A DNA stretch of 64,000 nt from Nemertoderma westbladi (lineage: Eukaryota > Animalia > Xenacoelomorpha): assembly GCA_032718475.1 (NCBI GenBank), contig JAUCBJ010008748.1:20717-84716 (forward strand). Direction: 5' to 3'. Made by a program: the position numbers and the translations under genes. Position 1 is the stretch's first letter. The number at the start of each line of letters is the position of its first letter. Below are positions 40,528 to 52,771 of this stretch, in pieces. The notes under the pieces were generated by a model that saw only the letters and a list, made by a program, of their open reading frames with translations, made no database searches and was not told where the DNA came from.

Positions 40528-41039
40528 TATCGTTCGGAGTGGGCGTGTGACTCTATTATTTTATATTATTTTATTATTTTTATATTTATGTATGTATTAC
40601 TCTGTAATTTTATTATAATCGTTTTATTTAATTTACTAGAATATTATTTAGCGATTATTTAGTAGAATAGTGCAATATGTTCATGTTTATTGCGTACGTA
40701 ATTACTTATATTATATTTAGTGTGACGGTGAGAAACAAGTGTTTTTCTCTTTCCTTACTGTCCGTATTATATTATAAATACGTAACTACAGTAAGATGAA
40801 ATGTCCGTACTTATTAAAGTACAATAAAGCCACTACTATATTTAAGTATTATTGGTAGGCAGAGTATTAGGAATGCGAAGTTCAGATCCTCGTGTCTCGG
40901 CTAAACCAAGCTCTGGGTAGACCTTGGAAACGACTTGCCTCTTCACACTGACATTGCTTCGTGCGATATTGCTCTCATACCGTATATTAAATAATACATA
41001 TAGTAGCGTGATGTCCCTTTAACAGTAGCGTATAACGCA

Positions 41040-41375
41040 AAATAAATCTGTTAAACCCTTTGACCATCTGCAATTCTAGTCGATTAAGATATCGCGGCAC
41101 CCACCGATATACTTGAAAGACAAATTTTAGAATCAGTGGTTAACGTCCCCAGACAAGTTCTGGAATAAATCGGTGCCCATCTCAAATATTAATTATTTAA
41201 TATTTGTAAATCCAATAAATCAAAATCTGTAAAATTCAGATCCTTCAACAATTCTAGTCAATTAAGATATCGTAGCATTTACCGATATTCTTAAAAGGAC
41301 AATTTTCATAGAATTAAGGATCTTGTGTCCCCAGACATGTTCTAGACTCAAAATATGTCCATTTAATTATAAAAT
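41040..41375 (+). repeat. ~180-bp degenerate direct repeat in the E3 3' region
   Basis: CAATTCTAGTCRATTAAGATATCG at ~41071 and ~41249. Confidence 0.7.
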
Positions 41376-42177
41376 AATAAAATTTCAGGGAATAAATTTA
41401 AATTCATGCCTTTTAATGAATTTAATAAATTGCCATTTTTACGCAATTTATAACATTCCCAAAATTCCATTAATTAATAGATCAAGGGAGCGGAGATTTA
41501 TCTATTATGCGTATGAGTGTGCGAAAGTCTCCCAAACATAGTCAATAGCCGATAAAATTCATAAAGTCATGTATCAAACAGGACATTGACTATTAAAGAA
41601 TTACTATTAAATAACATCCCAGATCTGTATGCATTGGAATTACCCTAATTCTACCGCTAGCTTTACATAATGTCACCATAGCAACAACCACGCTAGAATT
41701 AGAATTGAGTTAAAAGAACAATAGAAAGCTTGTCCCATTGAATAGCATAGGGAATAAATCGCGCACTGCTAGTATCCAAGGATACATAATAATACAGTGA
41801 CATTCTGGAAGGCATTGACTAACGGACAAATGGCCCGAATGTGCGTAGTTGTGACCAGTTGTGTGGTATTTGGGAGTTTATAGGTGAATGTTACTGCTAA
41901 AGTGTGTTTACAGTAGCTAGTCGCAATCGTGAAAGTAACCTAACTCTCCAAGGAAAACCTGAAGTACATCTAAGCCTTTGGGACGGACAGTGGAGTGACT
42001 TGTGCCGGTTATCGTTGTCGTTGTACGGCTACGTCGTTGGCGAAAGTACAGCGACAGCGGTATATCGGCGCTGAGGATCTCACACTGTCCGGGGGCAAGG
42101 GAGAAGTAGGCAGCGATGCCCGCTCGCCTAATAAATATATAAACTCATTATAATGTTGGTGAACTCGTATAGCAGAT

Positions 42178-42576
42178 ATGACTGAATTAATAGAAGATGA
42201 TCTTGGTATCAGGGAGAGATATACTCTACCTTTACAAGCGTTTGTCGATAGCTTGATACGCGGCGACGCTGATCCAACTACTACGGAGGACAATGGTCGT
42301 TATATCGAACCGCCAATGTCCCAGGAGCAACTTACGCGTGAATTGGACTATAGAAAATTCACTGCTCGTTATACGCATCGTAATGGTACATATATGGACT
42401 TCTTGACTACTGGTCATCCTATTGATTTACACGACACAGACGATGTCGACACCGAGAGGGAAATAGTTTTATTTAAATATCATACCCAGCGGAGTCGAAA
42501 CGATAAATCGAGAATAGAACACGAGAACTCTATTCGAAATCAGCTCGAAAGAAAGGACGTGGAAGAAGGCTTGTAA
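42178..42576 (+). CDS. Unknown 132-aa acidic protein in the E3 3' region
   Basis: ATG-initiated sense ORF with protein-like composition; no recognisable motif. Confidence 0.45.
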   Translation: MTELIEDDLGIRERYTLPLQAFVDSLIRGDADPTTTEDNGRYIEPPMSQEQLTRELDYRKFTARYTHRNGTYMDFLTTGHPIDLHDTDDVDTEREIVLFKYHTQRSRNDKSRIEHENSIRNQLERKDVEEGL

Positions 42577-43478
42577 AGACAAATATAGGCGAACCACTGG
42601 AGAGGAGACATGTGTTAATGTCCAGGGTCCATAATGTGAATAGTTTTCCCCGGGGCACGGGTGCTCGCGGGCGGTCTCCTTCGGGAGGCTGTAAATTTCT
42701 CTTCCTTCATCGTTTTCCTGTAATTATTGTGATCAGTGTCACAATTAAAAGACAAGAATGAATGATGACGTAACGGAAAGCTCGTCCATTATGGTATCTT
42801 ATGGATACTACCATATATCCTTCCTCCTCTTTACTCCCTTTATCCCTCTATACATCGCTATTGAAAATACAACATACTTCGCCACACCTTCTCTTCCCAA
42901 CGCGCTCGGAGCTTCGGGAAACGATCACTAAACCTCCCATCCTTTACTGTTTATTTGTATGCTAATATTGGTGTCCGCACCTCCTGTCCCTGTACCATTC
43001 TGTTGATATTTATGATATCAACTTTCACCATTGTTGTTGATTTGATTAGAAAATCAACCACTTCCTAGTTTCCTCAAGTCCACAACCGTGATACAAGGAC
43101 TGAAAGGACACGCGGATAGTTTGTGAACAACTGGTACCATTATGTGTCATAAATCTGGTTGTTCACCTCCCTCAATGATTGGAGATATAAATCTTATAAT
43201 CTTATGTAGAACAACTGAGGCATTGAACTGGTTGTTCCCTCATCGCACTGGGGATAAATTCAGTTGGAGATAGTCCTCGAATGTTACAATCCTCCTACTG
43301 AGATCGTATTTCGGAATATTTCTGAATACGACATAGGTCTTCCCCTGCTCTTTACCACTACCATCAATGGAAGACATATTAGGCATACGACTTTCGGAAT
43401 ATGGAGAACATTCCATACCCCTTCGTTGATACTCAGCTGATTGCTCCTTGAGCAGAAGGCCGAGGTTTCTTTCGCACT

Positions 43479-45176
43479 ATGTATGCCAATACACCCAGCG
43501 ACATTACTAAGGTACAACGGACATCCATCGGACATCTTGCCTTTCAAGAATATGGATGGAATTTCAAAGTTGGAAATCCTACCAATTACCAGCAAGTATA
43601 TGGAGATCATTACTCTCGTTTATATTTTGATGGACCATTAACTGCGCCTGGTGCCGTATATAGCTTTATGAGTGTTCCACTTCGCCCTTCCTTAGCTATA
43701 TACACGATCTTTGAAAACGCAGCACTTGCCGGTTGGCTAGCCGATGTGTGCAGTCGTACCATACGCGCTCACCCATTAATACTTGGAACTAAACTCGCCA
43801 AGTTAGACGAACACAATAAGTTCATACGTTTCGAATGTTTCCGGCGCTTTCTGACTCCGTTCCGTAACGTCGATAGTCAGTTCAAGGACCGCGCGCTGAC
43901 CAAACTCAGTCTGAGAGACTCAGCTGCGGAGAAACTGAGTAGCGCTGGATTTGCCGTTTTTCAAGACGTTTGTATACAGAACTTACATTCATCTGTCATA
44001 CAAAGACCCCGAATACCTACAGGTTATTCTGTCGTGGAAATACAGACAGTGGATCCACTTACTGAGACCGACGCACCCACTTCGTCTATACAGTTGGAAG
44101 ATGAACCAGTATGCTTGGAATCAGAAGCGATTCAGCCTACAGCTTCCCGGAGCAGTGACAATGATTATGTCATAGAGTGGTATCAAGGTCCACAGCGTCT
44201 CACAGCGTACGATTATCGACACGCCAACTACGTTTCTCGAAAACGTTGTCGATTATGCGCATCGAGATACCACTTCACCCCTCTAGACTCGAGCGTACCT
44301 TGTTCCTATTTCCTCGAACAACCGATGATGGAAATATATTGTGCTTATTGCCGGCTTAATAACTCTCATATTTTTGCCGTCTGCCCACAATTTATGACTC
44401 AATGTCACTACTGTCAACTTAAAGGACATGAAAGTTACAATTGTCCCTTTAATCGCGATTTAGAGAGCGTAGACGAGATGATCACCCTGCGATACATCCG
44501 AGCTTGGGAAGCGAACGCGGATTTACATTGCGAATCCCGACACCGCTATTACCCTGGACGAGCTTACGAGGGAGTTTACGCGTTCCATCCTTATCTATTC
44601 GCGTCGATTGAACAGAAAACACGCGTACCAAGTTACGAGTTAATGAAGCGTGTTGGTGAGTGTATTTCCACCAAGTTTGTCAGAAAATACCTTAGAAACG
44701 TTAACCCTAATGATATAACCACATATCACCTGATCAATTTTATCCGTCAGGACCCTGAGTATGGCGACATCTTTGTGAACTCGCATCCTGAACTACGGGA
44801 AGTATCTCGGCGACCATATGAATATCGAACACGAGAACGCGAGCTGGAGAGAACCATTAAACTGAGAAAGTTCCTCACCACTCACGGTCCACCCACCGCT
44901 AGTGTCCAGACGACCCGTCAAGGACCCGTAGGAGCTGCTGTACTGAGACGCGCCCTCAAGGCCGTTAGACCTCGCTCCCCTGAGGTTGATATTAATCAAC
45001 CAGGTACTTCGACCGGCGGGTATACCGATCGTAACCCTACACCTTCTGATGCAATTGTATTGCACCCTTCACCTAGGAGCTACAGCCCTCCTCGTAAAGT
45101 GGCTCGCCCCAAAGAGAAAAGGACTCTTGCTAGCCTCAAGAAACTGCGTAAACGCCGTCCGCGTAAGAAAGACTAA
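43479..45176 (+). CDS. E3 extra ORF: 565-aa protein with three CCHC-type zinc modules and a basic C-terminus
   Basis: CRLCASRYH-x9-C, CAYCRLNNSHIFAVC and CHYCQLKGHESYNC (44247-44444); ends KKLRKRRPRKKD. The stop lies ~70 nt before the PPT. Confidence 0.8.
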   Translation: MYANTPSDITKVQRTSIGHLAFQEYGWNFKVGNPTNYQQVYGDHYSRLYFDGPLTAPGAVYSFMSVPLRPSLAIYTIFENAALAGWLADVCSRTIRAHPLILGTKLAKLDEHNKFIRFECFRRFLTPFRNVDSQFKDRALTKLSLRDSAAEKLSSAGFAVFQDVCIQNLHSSVIQRPRIPTGYSVVEIQTVDPLTETDAPTSSIQLEDEPVCLESEAIQPTASRSSDNDYVIEWYQGPQRLTAYDYRHANYVSRKRCRLCASRYHFTPLDSSVPCSYFLEQPMMEIYCAYCRLNNSHIFAVCPQFMTQCHYCQLKGHESYNCPFNRDLESVDEMITLRYIRAWEANADLHCESRHRYYPGRAYEGVYAFHPYLFASIEQKTRVPSYELMKRVGECISTKFVRKYLRNVNPNDITTYHLINFIRQDPEYGDIFVNSHPELREVSRRPYEYRTRERELERTIKLRKFLTTHGPPTASVQTTRQGPVGAAVLRRALKAVRPRSPEVDINQPGTSTGGYTDRNPTPSDAIVLHPSPRSYSPPRKVARPKEKRTLASLKKLRKRRPRKKD

Positions 45177-45254
45177 CTGTTTAGAGTATCTTTAGGTTTT
45201 AGAAACTGTGATTTTTATATTTTATAGACTGAAAATCCCATTTTCTGGGAGCGG

Positions 45255-46472
45255 TGTAAAAGCCTTTGCTGAATTGCCCCGTTATTTTTATTATTTTTAC
45301 ATTAAAATACTCTGTAGTTGATTTAATAGGTGTAAGAGACAGTATTATTGCTGTATCGGTGTTTTTTAGAGGATCTAAGAGCTATTTCCTCCGTATGTGT
45401 ACTGTGAAAGGCATAGTTGATGATTCTATGGCAATTCCGTGACGCAAAAGGTGATAGCTACTCTTGAACAGTAGTTACTATGACGACGGTTAACAGCTGA
45501 TATTCATACGTGTTGATTTTCTTTGTTCTACGGCATCTCTCAGTTCAGTCAGCCAATCAGAGCATTTTTATGGCTCTTGTACAGAAAATTCCTAGAAATC
45601 ACTCAATGCATTATAGGCAGTGTTTACATTCAGTCCTGAGCCAGGAGAGAGCGGCTTGGAAATATTTTGTGCTTTTCTGTTTTAGCCTAACACTAGTAGG
45701 CTTAATTATAAGGACATATATCCGTTATCACTGAATCACTGTGCAACAAATCTAAACAAACCAAATCTGCATGTACCACACACTGGTGCATACTTTTATA
45801 TTGTTATACTGCTATTTACTGTCGGTTCTTCATAATATGGTTGATGAATTATTATATTTGGAATAACGATAAATAACCCCGAAACCCCAATATTCTTGAT
45901 ATACCGAAGGTAAGAGAGGAAGGTTACATATAACGATTGTGACTTATGTTAAAGTGGTTTGAAGTGAATCTAATGTTATTTGATAGACCCTACATGAGTC
46001 GGTCCGTGTTCCTTTTATATGTGACTAAAATCAGTGAAGATCGGCAGATTAGTGTGCAGTATTGTGCAGCATTGTGTATGAGTGATACTGATAACGAAGC
46101 ATTTCCTAAAGAATGCGCCATATATGTGAAATATAACTAAGCCATATCGTTGTGAGTAGTTTAAGTCATAACTCTGTTTATATAGATAGAGCGCCACGTC
46201 CTAAAGGAACTGTTAATATTTCCCGAAGGTGAATAATATTGTCAGAGATTATATAATACTGTCAGTCGAATAATACATTAGGCTTACCTAGCAATAAGAT
46301 TAAGCCGTCGAACCCAATCTCCCGGGTATATCCAGCGGGTGAATGATCGCGCACAGATTGGTTTCGACTAGTGTAGTGAATCAAATACTAGTCATAGGCT
46401 AAAGGCGAATTATTATCTAGAAGACATCCTAATTTGGCGGGTTAAACTGCCAAAGGTCTGAAAGCGCGAACA
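45255..46472 (+). repeat. E3 3' LTR (1218 bp)
   Basis: Follows PPT GGGAGCGG; matches the 5' LTR at an offset of 16200. Confidence 0.98.
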
Positions 46473-46477
46473 AATCT

Positions 46478-48809
46478 TGTAGTTTCATTCGAAGTACCTC
46501 GACGACTACCTTTAGGACTCAGTTCCAAATTACATGTGTTTTGCGATGCTTCCATTAAAGCTTATGGTGCAGTCGTTTATGCAGTTCAATCTGAACAATC
46601 CGAGTTAGTGATGGCTAAGGGACGAGTCGCACCCTTACTACCTCTAACATCAGAATCTCCTCAAAAGAAAAAGAAGACTAAATTATCACTTCCTTAACTG
46701 GAGTTGACCGCATTAACAGTTGGTGCTCGGCTCATTCATTATGTTGCTGATACACTATCTCATCAACTACCAAATTGTCGTCTGTGGGTGTGGTCTGACA
46801 GCCAAATCGCATTACATTGGGTCAAATCTAAAGGCATTACTAATCCTTATGTTCGTCGTCGAGTTGAAGAGATACATAGCATTCTACCAAATGCAGACTT
46901 TCGATACGTTTCAACCAATGACAATCCCTCAGATATGTTATCCAGGGGAATAAAAGCGAAGATACTTCTGAAATCCGATTTATGGCGACATGGTCCCAAT
47001 TGGCTAACGTCATCTGATTGGCCTAAACAATCTCATGTTAACTACAATTATATTAATCAACCACAAATAAATACATTGTGTTCAACAGTTGAATCCATAT
47101 TATCTGTTCCAGAGCAACTGATAAACATTTCCAAATTCAGCAATTATGATAAACTACTTCGAGTGACAGCATATGTATTTATATTTATTCGCAAACTCAA
47201 ATATAGAGTAAATTTGCGCAAGTCCATTAATGAACATAGTCAAATAGTAAATGATAATGTCAGAGATACTATAAATTCCAATGATATTAAAACTGCCGAG
47301 TTGTATTTAATTAAATACATACAACAAACTTGTTATCCTGATGTATATCGTTGTCTTTTGAATGATAAGAGCAAGTCCCGCTCTCCTGCTATAATAAAAC
47401 AGTTACGTTTGATTCTAGTAGATGGTATTATCCGATGTGCTGGAAGAATATAATATTCCGATCTACCATGGAATACTCAGCAACCTATCCTACTTTATCC
47501 TGACCATGTATTTACCCGACTACTGATTTCATACGCCCATGAACGTATTTGTCATTCCGGTATTGGCGACACTGTCACTTACCTTAGACAGAATTGGTGG
47601 ATCCCTAGAATTCGACAAATCGTTAAATCCATCTGTCGTAAATGTATTACTTGCAAACGTCTCAGAGGTCTCCCATACTCAACACCTCCTCCACCTCCAT
47701 TACCTAGCTTTAGAGTTAATAAAACAAGACCATTTGAAACTACTGGTGTAGACTATACTGGTAGACTCATTGTAATAGATTGTAATGAACAACTTAAAGT
47801 TTATATTGTCTTGTTTACTTGTGCGACTTCACGCGCTGTACATCTGGAAATAGCAAAAGATGCCAGTGCAGAATCTTTCCATTTTGCATTTCGACGTTTT
47901 ATTGGGCGACGTTCTACTCCTTCTTTGATACTAAGCGATAATGCAACTAACTTCACTGCTGCAAATGATATTATAAAAGCTATACAGGATGATCCAGGTG
48001 TACGTGATTACCTACTTAATCAGAGGACTATTTGGAAGACGATCCCACCAGCTAGTCCTTGGTATGGAGGCTTCTGGGAAAGACTAATCAAAATGGTAAA
48101 GGATATTTTGAAAAGGATATTGGGACGTGCCTTGATTTCATTGGAGGAGCTCCAGACTGTCGTTATTGAAATTGAAGCTATTTTAAATGACCGGCCACTG
48201 ACCTACATGTCTTCTAACATTGATGACCTCAATCCCATTACACCCTCGACATTAATGGTTGGGCATCGTATTACCACATTGCCAGATCGAATTATCGAGC
48301 GAGATGATCTCGATGATCCAGACTTTGTACCACATTCGACACTGAATCGCCGTCAATTGTACATACAAAACTTATTGCAAGCGTTTCAAAATCGCTGGTC
48401 CCACGAATATCTCACTGCATTGCGCGAGTACCATCGATGGGACAACCCATTTCCAACCACACAAATTCGTTTAAATGACATCGTACAAATACATAATCCG
48501 CATTTACCACGTTCTAAATGGTCCCTTGGTCGTGTGATCACCTTACACCCCGGTAAGGATGGATAGGTACGATCTGTCGTCCTACGTACACAGTTAGGAA
48601 CACTAGTACGCCCTGTACGGAAGTTGTATCCTCTAGAAACGGACAATAGTGAACTCGGCCCCCTTAATCAAACAACTACCGGCACTCTCGTTCAACCAGA
48701 GCCCCCAGTAAGATCAGAGCGTCCACAACGCCAGGCGGCTACTGAAGCCCAACAACGAATCACTACGATATACAATGAATCTGAATCCGAGAGTGAAATT
48801 AGTATATGA
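46478..48809 (+). pseudogene. pol: E2 pol continuation (RNase H, integrase) with premature stops
   Basis: LHVFCDASIKAYG, WSDS, NPSDMLSRG, TGVDYTG, SDNATNF, GGFWERL; stops near 46696, 47451 and 48564. Confidence 0.92.
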
Positions 48810-48990
48810 TTGCTTATCCCATTGAGAAATATTTTATAACCAAATATTTTTTTTGTTACATTATATGGTTCATTTTGTTTTGCATGTTATTTTGACGAAG
48901 GCTATATATATATATATAATTTGAAAATATTAATTTTTATAGAGCCTAATTATTTAGCTAGAAGCGTTTATTTGTTCGATGGCGGGAGTA

Positions 48991-49358
48991 TGTCCTAAAT
49001 TACAGATAATAATTATACTGTATTTAGGATTGAAGTAATATTTTAGTACCACATATTTTTTCTATACATATGGCTGACTGCTTGATTATATTCTTACTAA
49101 CCAACTACAGAAGGACGTGTCGTTTCCTTGTTCTGCCTTTCAGTCATTTTCATACAGTCATACACAGACTGTGTCTGTCTGTGTTATACTTACCGGTACC
49201 GTGATCTGGTGCCTTATACCGTTAATTATTATGTACTAAACTATAATTATCATATTTACCTAAATGCTAATCAGTTTATTATATATGTTATTATTAAGTA
49301 AGAAAGATTTTAATACAATGAAAAAACAGTTTTACAGAAGCAGCCTGGTTTTTGCACA
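48991..49358 (+). repeat. E2 3' LTR (368 bp)
   Basis: Matches the 5' LTR apart from a few substitutions and 17 extra nt at ~49193-49215. Confidence 0.95.
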
Positions 49359-50092
49359 AGAGGCGAAAGTAGAGAATGAACGTAAGGAGAGGGAAGCGAG
49401 GGTAGAGAGAGAAGCAAACGAACGTAGAGAGCGGGAGGCGAGGGAGGCAGAATTAGCAAATCAGAGTTTACGAGAGGATAGAGGGAGAGAGAGAGAGAGC
49501 GGGAAAGCGTATGCGGGATGATATGCATGCCCGGCTAAGGGGGCTTATGCAATATCAGGCCAAGCAGAAGCGCTGACTAGAACTGGCGCAATTGGGATTA
49601 TCTGAGAGTGAGGCTGGCCCGGGTAGTATTTACGAGGAGCCAGAAGTAATGGAAATGTTTGTTAATATTACAGGGACTGGACGACAGACCCAGGACTGGT
49701 ATAACCGTACGGGCGGGGGGGGGGGGGGATAATAATACGTTAGAAGGCATTAATATTAATAGTACCATAGTAGACAACCCTAATCAAACTTTCATTGCAG
49801 GAAATAATCCTTTACCCGGTAATAATAATTTAAATCCGAATATTCCTAATTTAAATACACAAAATAATTCAAATAATAATTATAATTTAAATACGCAGAA
49901 TAATCTAAATAATAATTTTAATTCAAACGAACAAAATAATCCTAATTCTAATTTAAATATACAAAATAATTTAAATAATAATCCGAATTCCGAACGAAAT
50001 ATTTAAATAATTCAAATAATTTGGATAATAATAATATTATTGATAACGGTGCTATTAATACGAATGTAAGGGATACAGGTGGTCCAGCCAGC

Positions 50093-50263
50093 GGGAGCCT
50101 GCAAGGCCACGTATTTAGGCAGGGAGTAGCGGGGGTGAGTCACCCCGACGGGAGCCTGCAAGGCCATGTAGTTAGGCAGGGAGTAGCGGGGGTGAGTCAA
50201 CCCAATGGGAGCCTGCCAGGCCACGCAGTTGCACAGGGAGAGGCGGGGGTGAGTAGACCCAGC
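50093..50263 (+). repeat. 57-bp in-frame tandem repeat x3
   Basis: GGGAGCCTGC at 50093, 50150 and 50207 (GSLQGHV..QGVAGVS). Confidence 0.9.
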
Positions 50264-50320
50264 CACGGTAGAAACAGTGCGATGACTAGAGAGGGGTGTA
50301 GACGGCGAAGTAGGAGGTGG

Positions 50321-50683
50321 TGAAGTAAGAAGTGGCGAGTGGGGGGGGGGGGGGACTATGGGCGCCCCACCATGGGAGATTAGTGGCGAGAGGGGGGGGG
50401 GGGGGGGGGCAGAGAATGTCCCACAAGAGGGTTGTAGAAGCGAAGTAAGAGGTAGTGAAGTAAGAAGTGGCGAGTGGGGGGGGGGGGGGGCTACGGGCGC
50501 CCCACCACGGGAGATTAGTGGCGAGAGGGGGGGTATAGAATGTCCCACAAGAGGGGCGTAGAAGAGAAATAGGAGGTAGTGAAGTAAGAAGTGGCGACTG
50601 GGGGGGGGGGGGGGGGGGCTACGGGCACCCCACCATGGGAGATTAGTGGCGAGAGGGGGGGGGGGGCAGAGAATGCCCCACAA
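50321..50683 (+). repeat. ~125-135-bp G-run-containing tandem repeat x3
   Basis: TGAAGTAAGAAGTGGCGA at 50321, 50456 and 50580. Confidence 0.85.
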
Positions 50684-52771
50684 GCTTCGGCGGATAATGC
50701 GCGGGGCGAGTTAGGTGAACCGCGGCACACGACGACGGAGAATAGTAGGGGGGTTGCGAGTATCCCCAAGAGCATTCAACCGGACAGAGAGAGAGATGTT
50801 GACGCCGAGAGTGGGCGAGCGAGAAGACGTCAGTCGGAAGAGAGAAGAAGAACAGTTGAGTTTAACCAGGAGGTCGAAGAGAGATCTCAACTTCTTGGAA
50901 TATTCGAGAAGATTAAACTTCGGTCCAGAAGGACACAGGCAGACTGCAGGACATACTGTAGGCCTTACTGCACATACTATAGGCCATGCTGGAAGAGATA
51001 GTGTAGGCGATAGGGCAGGGCGGACAATGGGATTAGACCTGGAAGTCGCGGCATACATACCGGTAGGTAGGCAAGAAGTGGATAGGCCTATATCGGTACC
51101 AGCACACCAGTATGACTATAATATGCAGGGACATAACATATACCCAGGGGAGGGGGGGGGGGGGGGGGGTTATTGCCGATAGATGTGTGGGCCCCAATAT
51201 AATAACATCAACCCCAGTACCAAACATAACACCGGTGGGGGGGGGGGGGGGGGGCGGGGGGGGGGGGGGACAGGGTGACATTCCCCCATTACAATATCAA
51301 CAATACACTCAACCAGGAATAAGAACATGGAACCCCCTGGACCAGAACAGGTCATGCGATACGGAGATATGGAGGGGGCCGTTACCCCCAATGATATATC
51401 CAACACAGAAAAGGTCAACAGGCCCGACGGGCGGACTGCACCAAACAAGAGAGCACAGCCGATCTGGCTACGCAACAAATGGAGGACGATCGCCTTCTCC
51501 ACCCGGGAGAAGAAAGGTGCGGTACCGGGCTTAGAGGAAATGTCGAACTTCCACAATTACAAAGCAGAGTTGATTACAGACAAAGTCTACAGTGAGGATA
51601 GTTTGGGAAAGGCGCCGAAAGCCAAATACAACAGGCCAAAACCCGAACACAATCCGGCAGATCCATTCCCGAGAGTGAGACAGTCGCTACCACATGCGGC
51701 CACAGAGGGGACTGCTAGTCCACAGTTAGTTGGGAGTAGGGCCACACCGTGTCAGGGACAGAAACAAAATAACAACCCAAACAAATATAACCCCAACACA
51801 CCCAGTAGGCCGAGTCCAAATAACCAAAACACCAAACCGGTAGATATGAATCTATGCGCAATACGTGAAGGGCTATACAGGGAGCGCTACAATCCAGGAT
51901 ACAAATGTCAATTGCATAGGGATGGAACCCATAAGACCATGAGTTGTAAGCATTGGCAAGCGTTGCCTAAACAAGATTGTGTAGCCTACACAGATACAAA
52001 CGGACTATGTCATCGATGCGTGGTAGAAGGACACAGATTCGGAGAGTGTAGAGAAACACCGACAGAGTATGACGAGACTGGAGGCCAAACAATGGCTACG
52101 AGCACGACACTACCCCGAGTACTACTCGGGGTAGTACCAGTGAGGATAACAGGAAAGGGCGGCCGATCAGTCACAACATTGATGCTGGTCGACAGCGGAG
52201 CAGCCTTCACGCTGGTGGAGAATTGGGTGGCCGAGGAGATAGGGTTACAGACGAGGCCGAGTAGGATGGCGGTAACTACTATCTCGAGTAAGGATGCGGT
52301 CCTGGAGATGATGACGGGACAGTGCGAAATATCAGCAATAGCACCGGGATGTGACTATGGGGTGACCATTGACCACATTCAGATTATAGAATCGATTAAC
52401 ATAAATGCCAGGAGACCAACTAAGATCGAGGTCGAGCAATACCGGTTCCTGGACGATATCAATTTCTCAATACCGGAGGTGGACGTCTTGAAGGTATCCA
52501 TCATAGTCGGAATGGATTGTCCGACGGCCCACGAGAGAGTAAGGACCATATTCGGAGAGAATAAGCAGCGGGATCCGACAGCGATTCTCATGCCGTTTGA
52601 ATGGATGCTTAGCGGCCCAATTAAAACCAAGATTCCATCCACGGTGTCGGAGACATCGGGGTGCATGCTATCAGGCACTGTTGAGGACATAAAGGAGAAA
52701 CCAGAGACGGGCGATGGGGAGGCCCCATGTGAGAAGCTGCCCAGGGAAGGATACCAGGAGTTGGGTATGGA

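Larger units (their letters stand above)
29055..46472 (+). mobile_element. BEL/Pao element E3, 17418 bp, full length
   Basis: 1218-bp LTRs at 29055-30272 and 45255-46472. TSD AATCT (29050-29054 and 46473-46477). PPT GGGAGCGG. Removing E3 restores the E2 pol frame (INDLNL|VVSFEVPR). Confidence 0.98.
24845..49358 (+). mobile_element. BEL/Pao element E2 (~7.1 kb without E3), both LTRs present
   Basis: LTRs 24845-25195 and 48991-49358. 5-bp TSD AGAGG (24840-24844 and 49359-49363). PBS-like TGGTGCC at 25197. PPT GGCGGGAGTA at 48981-48990. Confidence 0.97.
23127..52771 (+). mobile_element. BEL/Pao element E4 (5' LTR, gag, protease), interrupted by E2/E3 and cut off by E5; its own sequence is 23127-24844 plus 49364-52771
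   Basis: TGTAAG start sits exactly at the break in similarity with duplication copy A. The ER-rich gag coil continues across the E2 TSD. Zinc knuckles (CQLH..H..C, CHRC..GH..C) and protease LVDSGA are in ORF 51327-52850. Confidence 0.85.
49364..52771 (+). pseudogene. gag-pol: E4 gag-protease continuation, heavily frameshifted
   Basis: ER-rich coil, Asn-rich tract and G-run repeats, then WLRNKWR, knuckles, LVDSGA and IIVGMD. Confidence 0.8.

Noticed and set aside
43479-45176. Envelope gene or nanos
   Set aside because: No signal peptide or transmembrane helix is visible, and the CCHC spacing does not match the nanos CX2CX12HX10C pattern.
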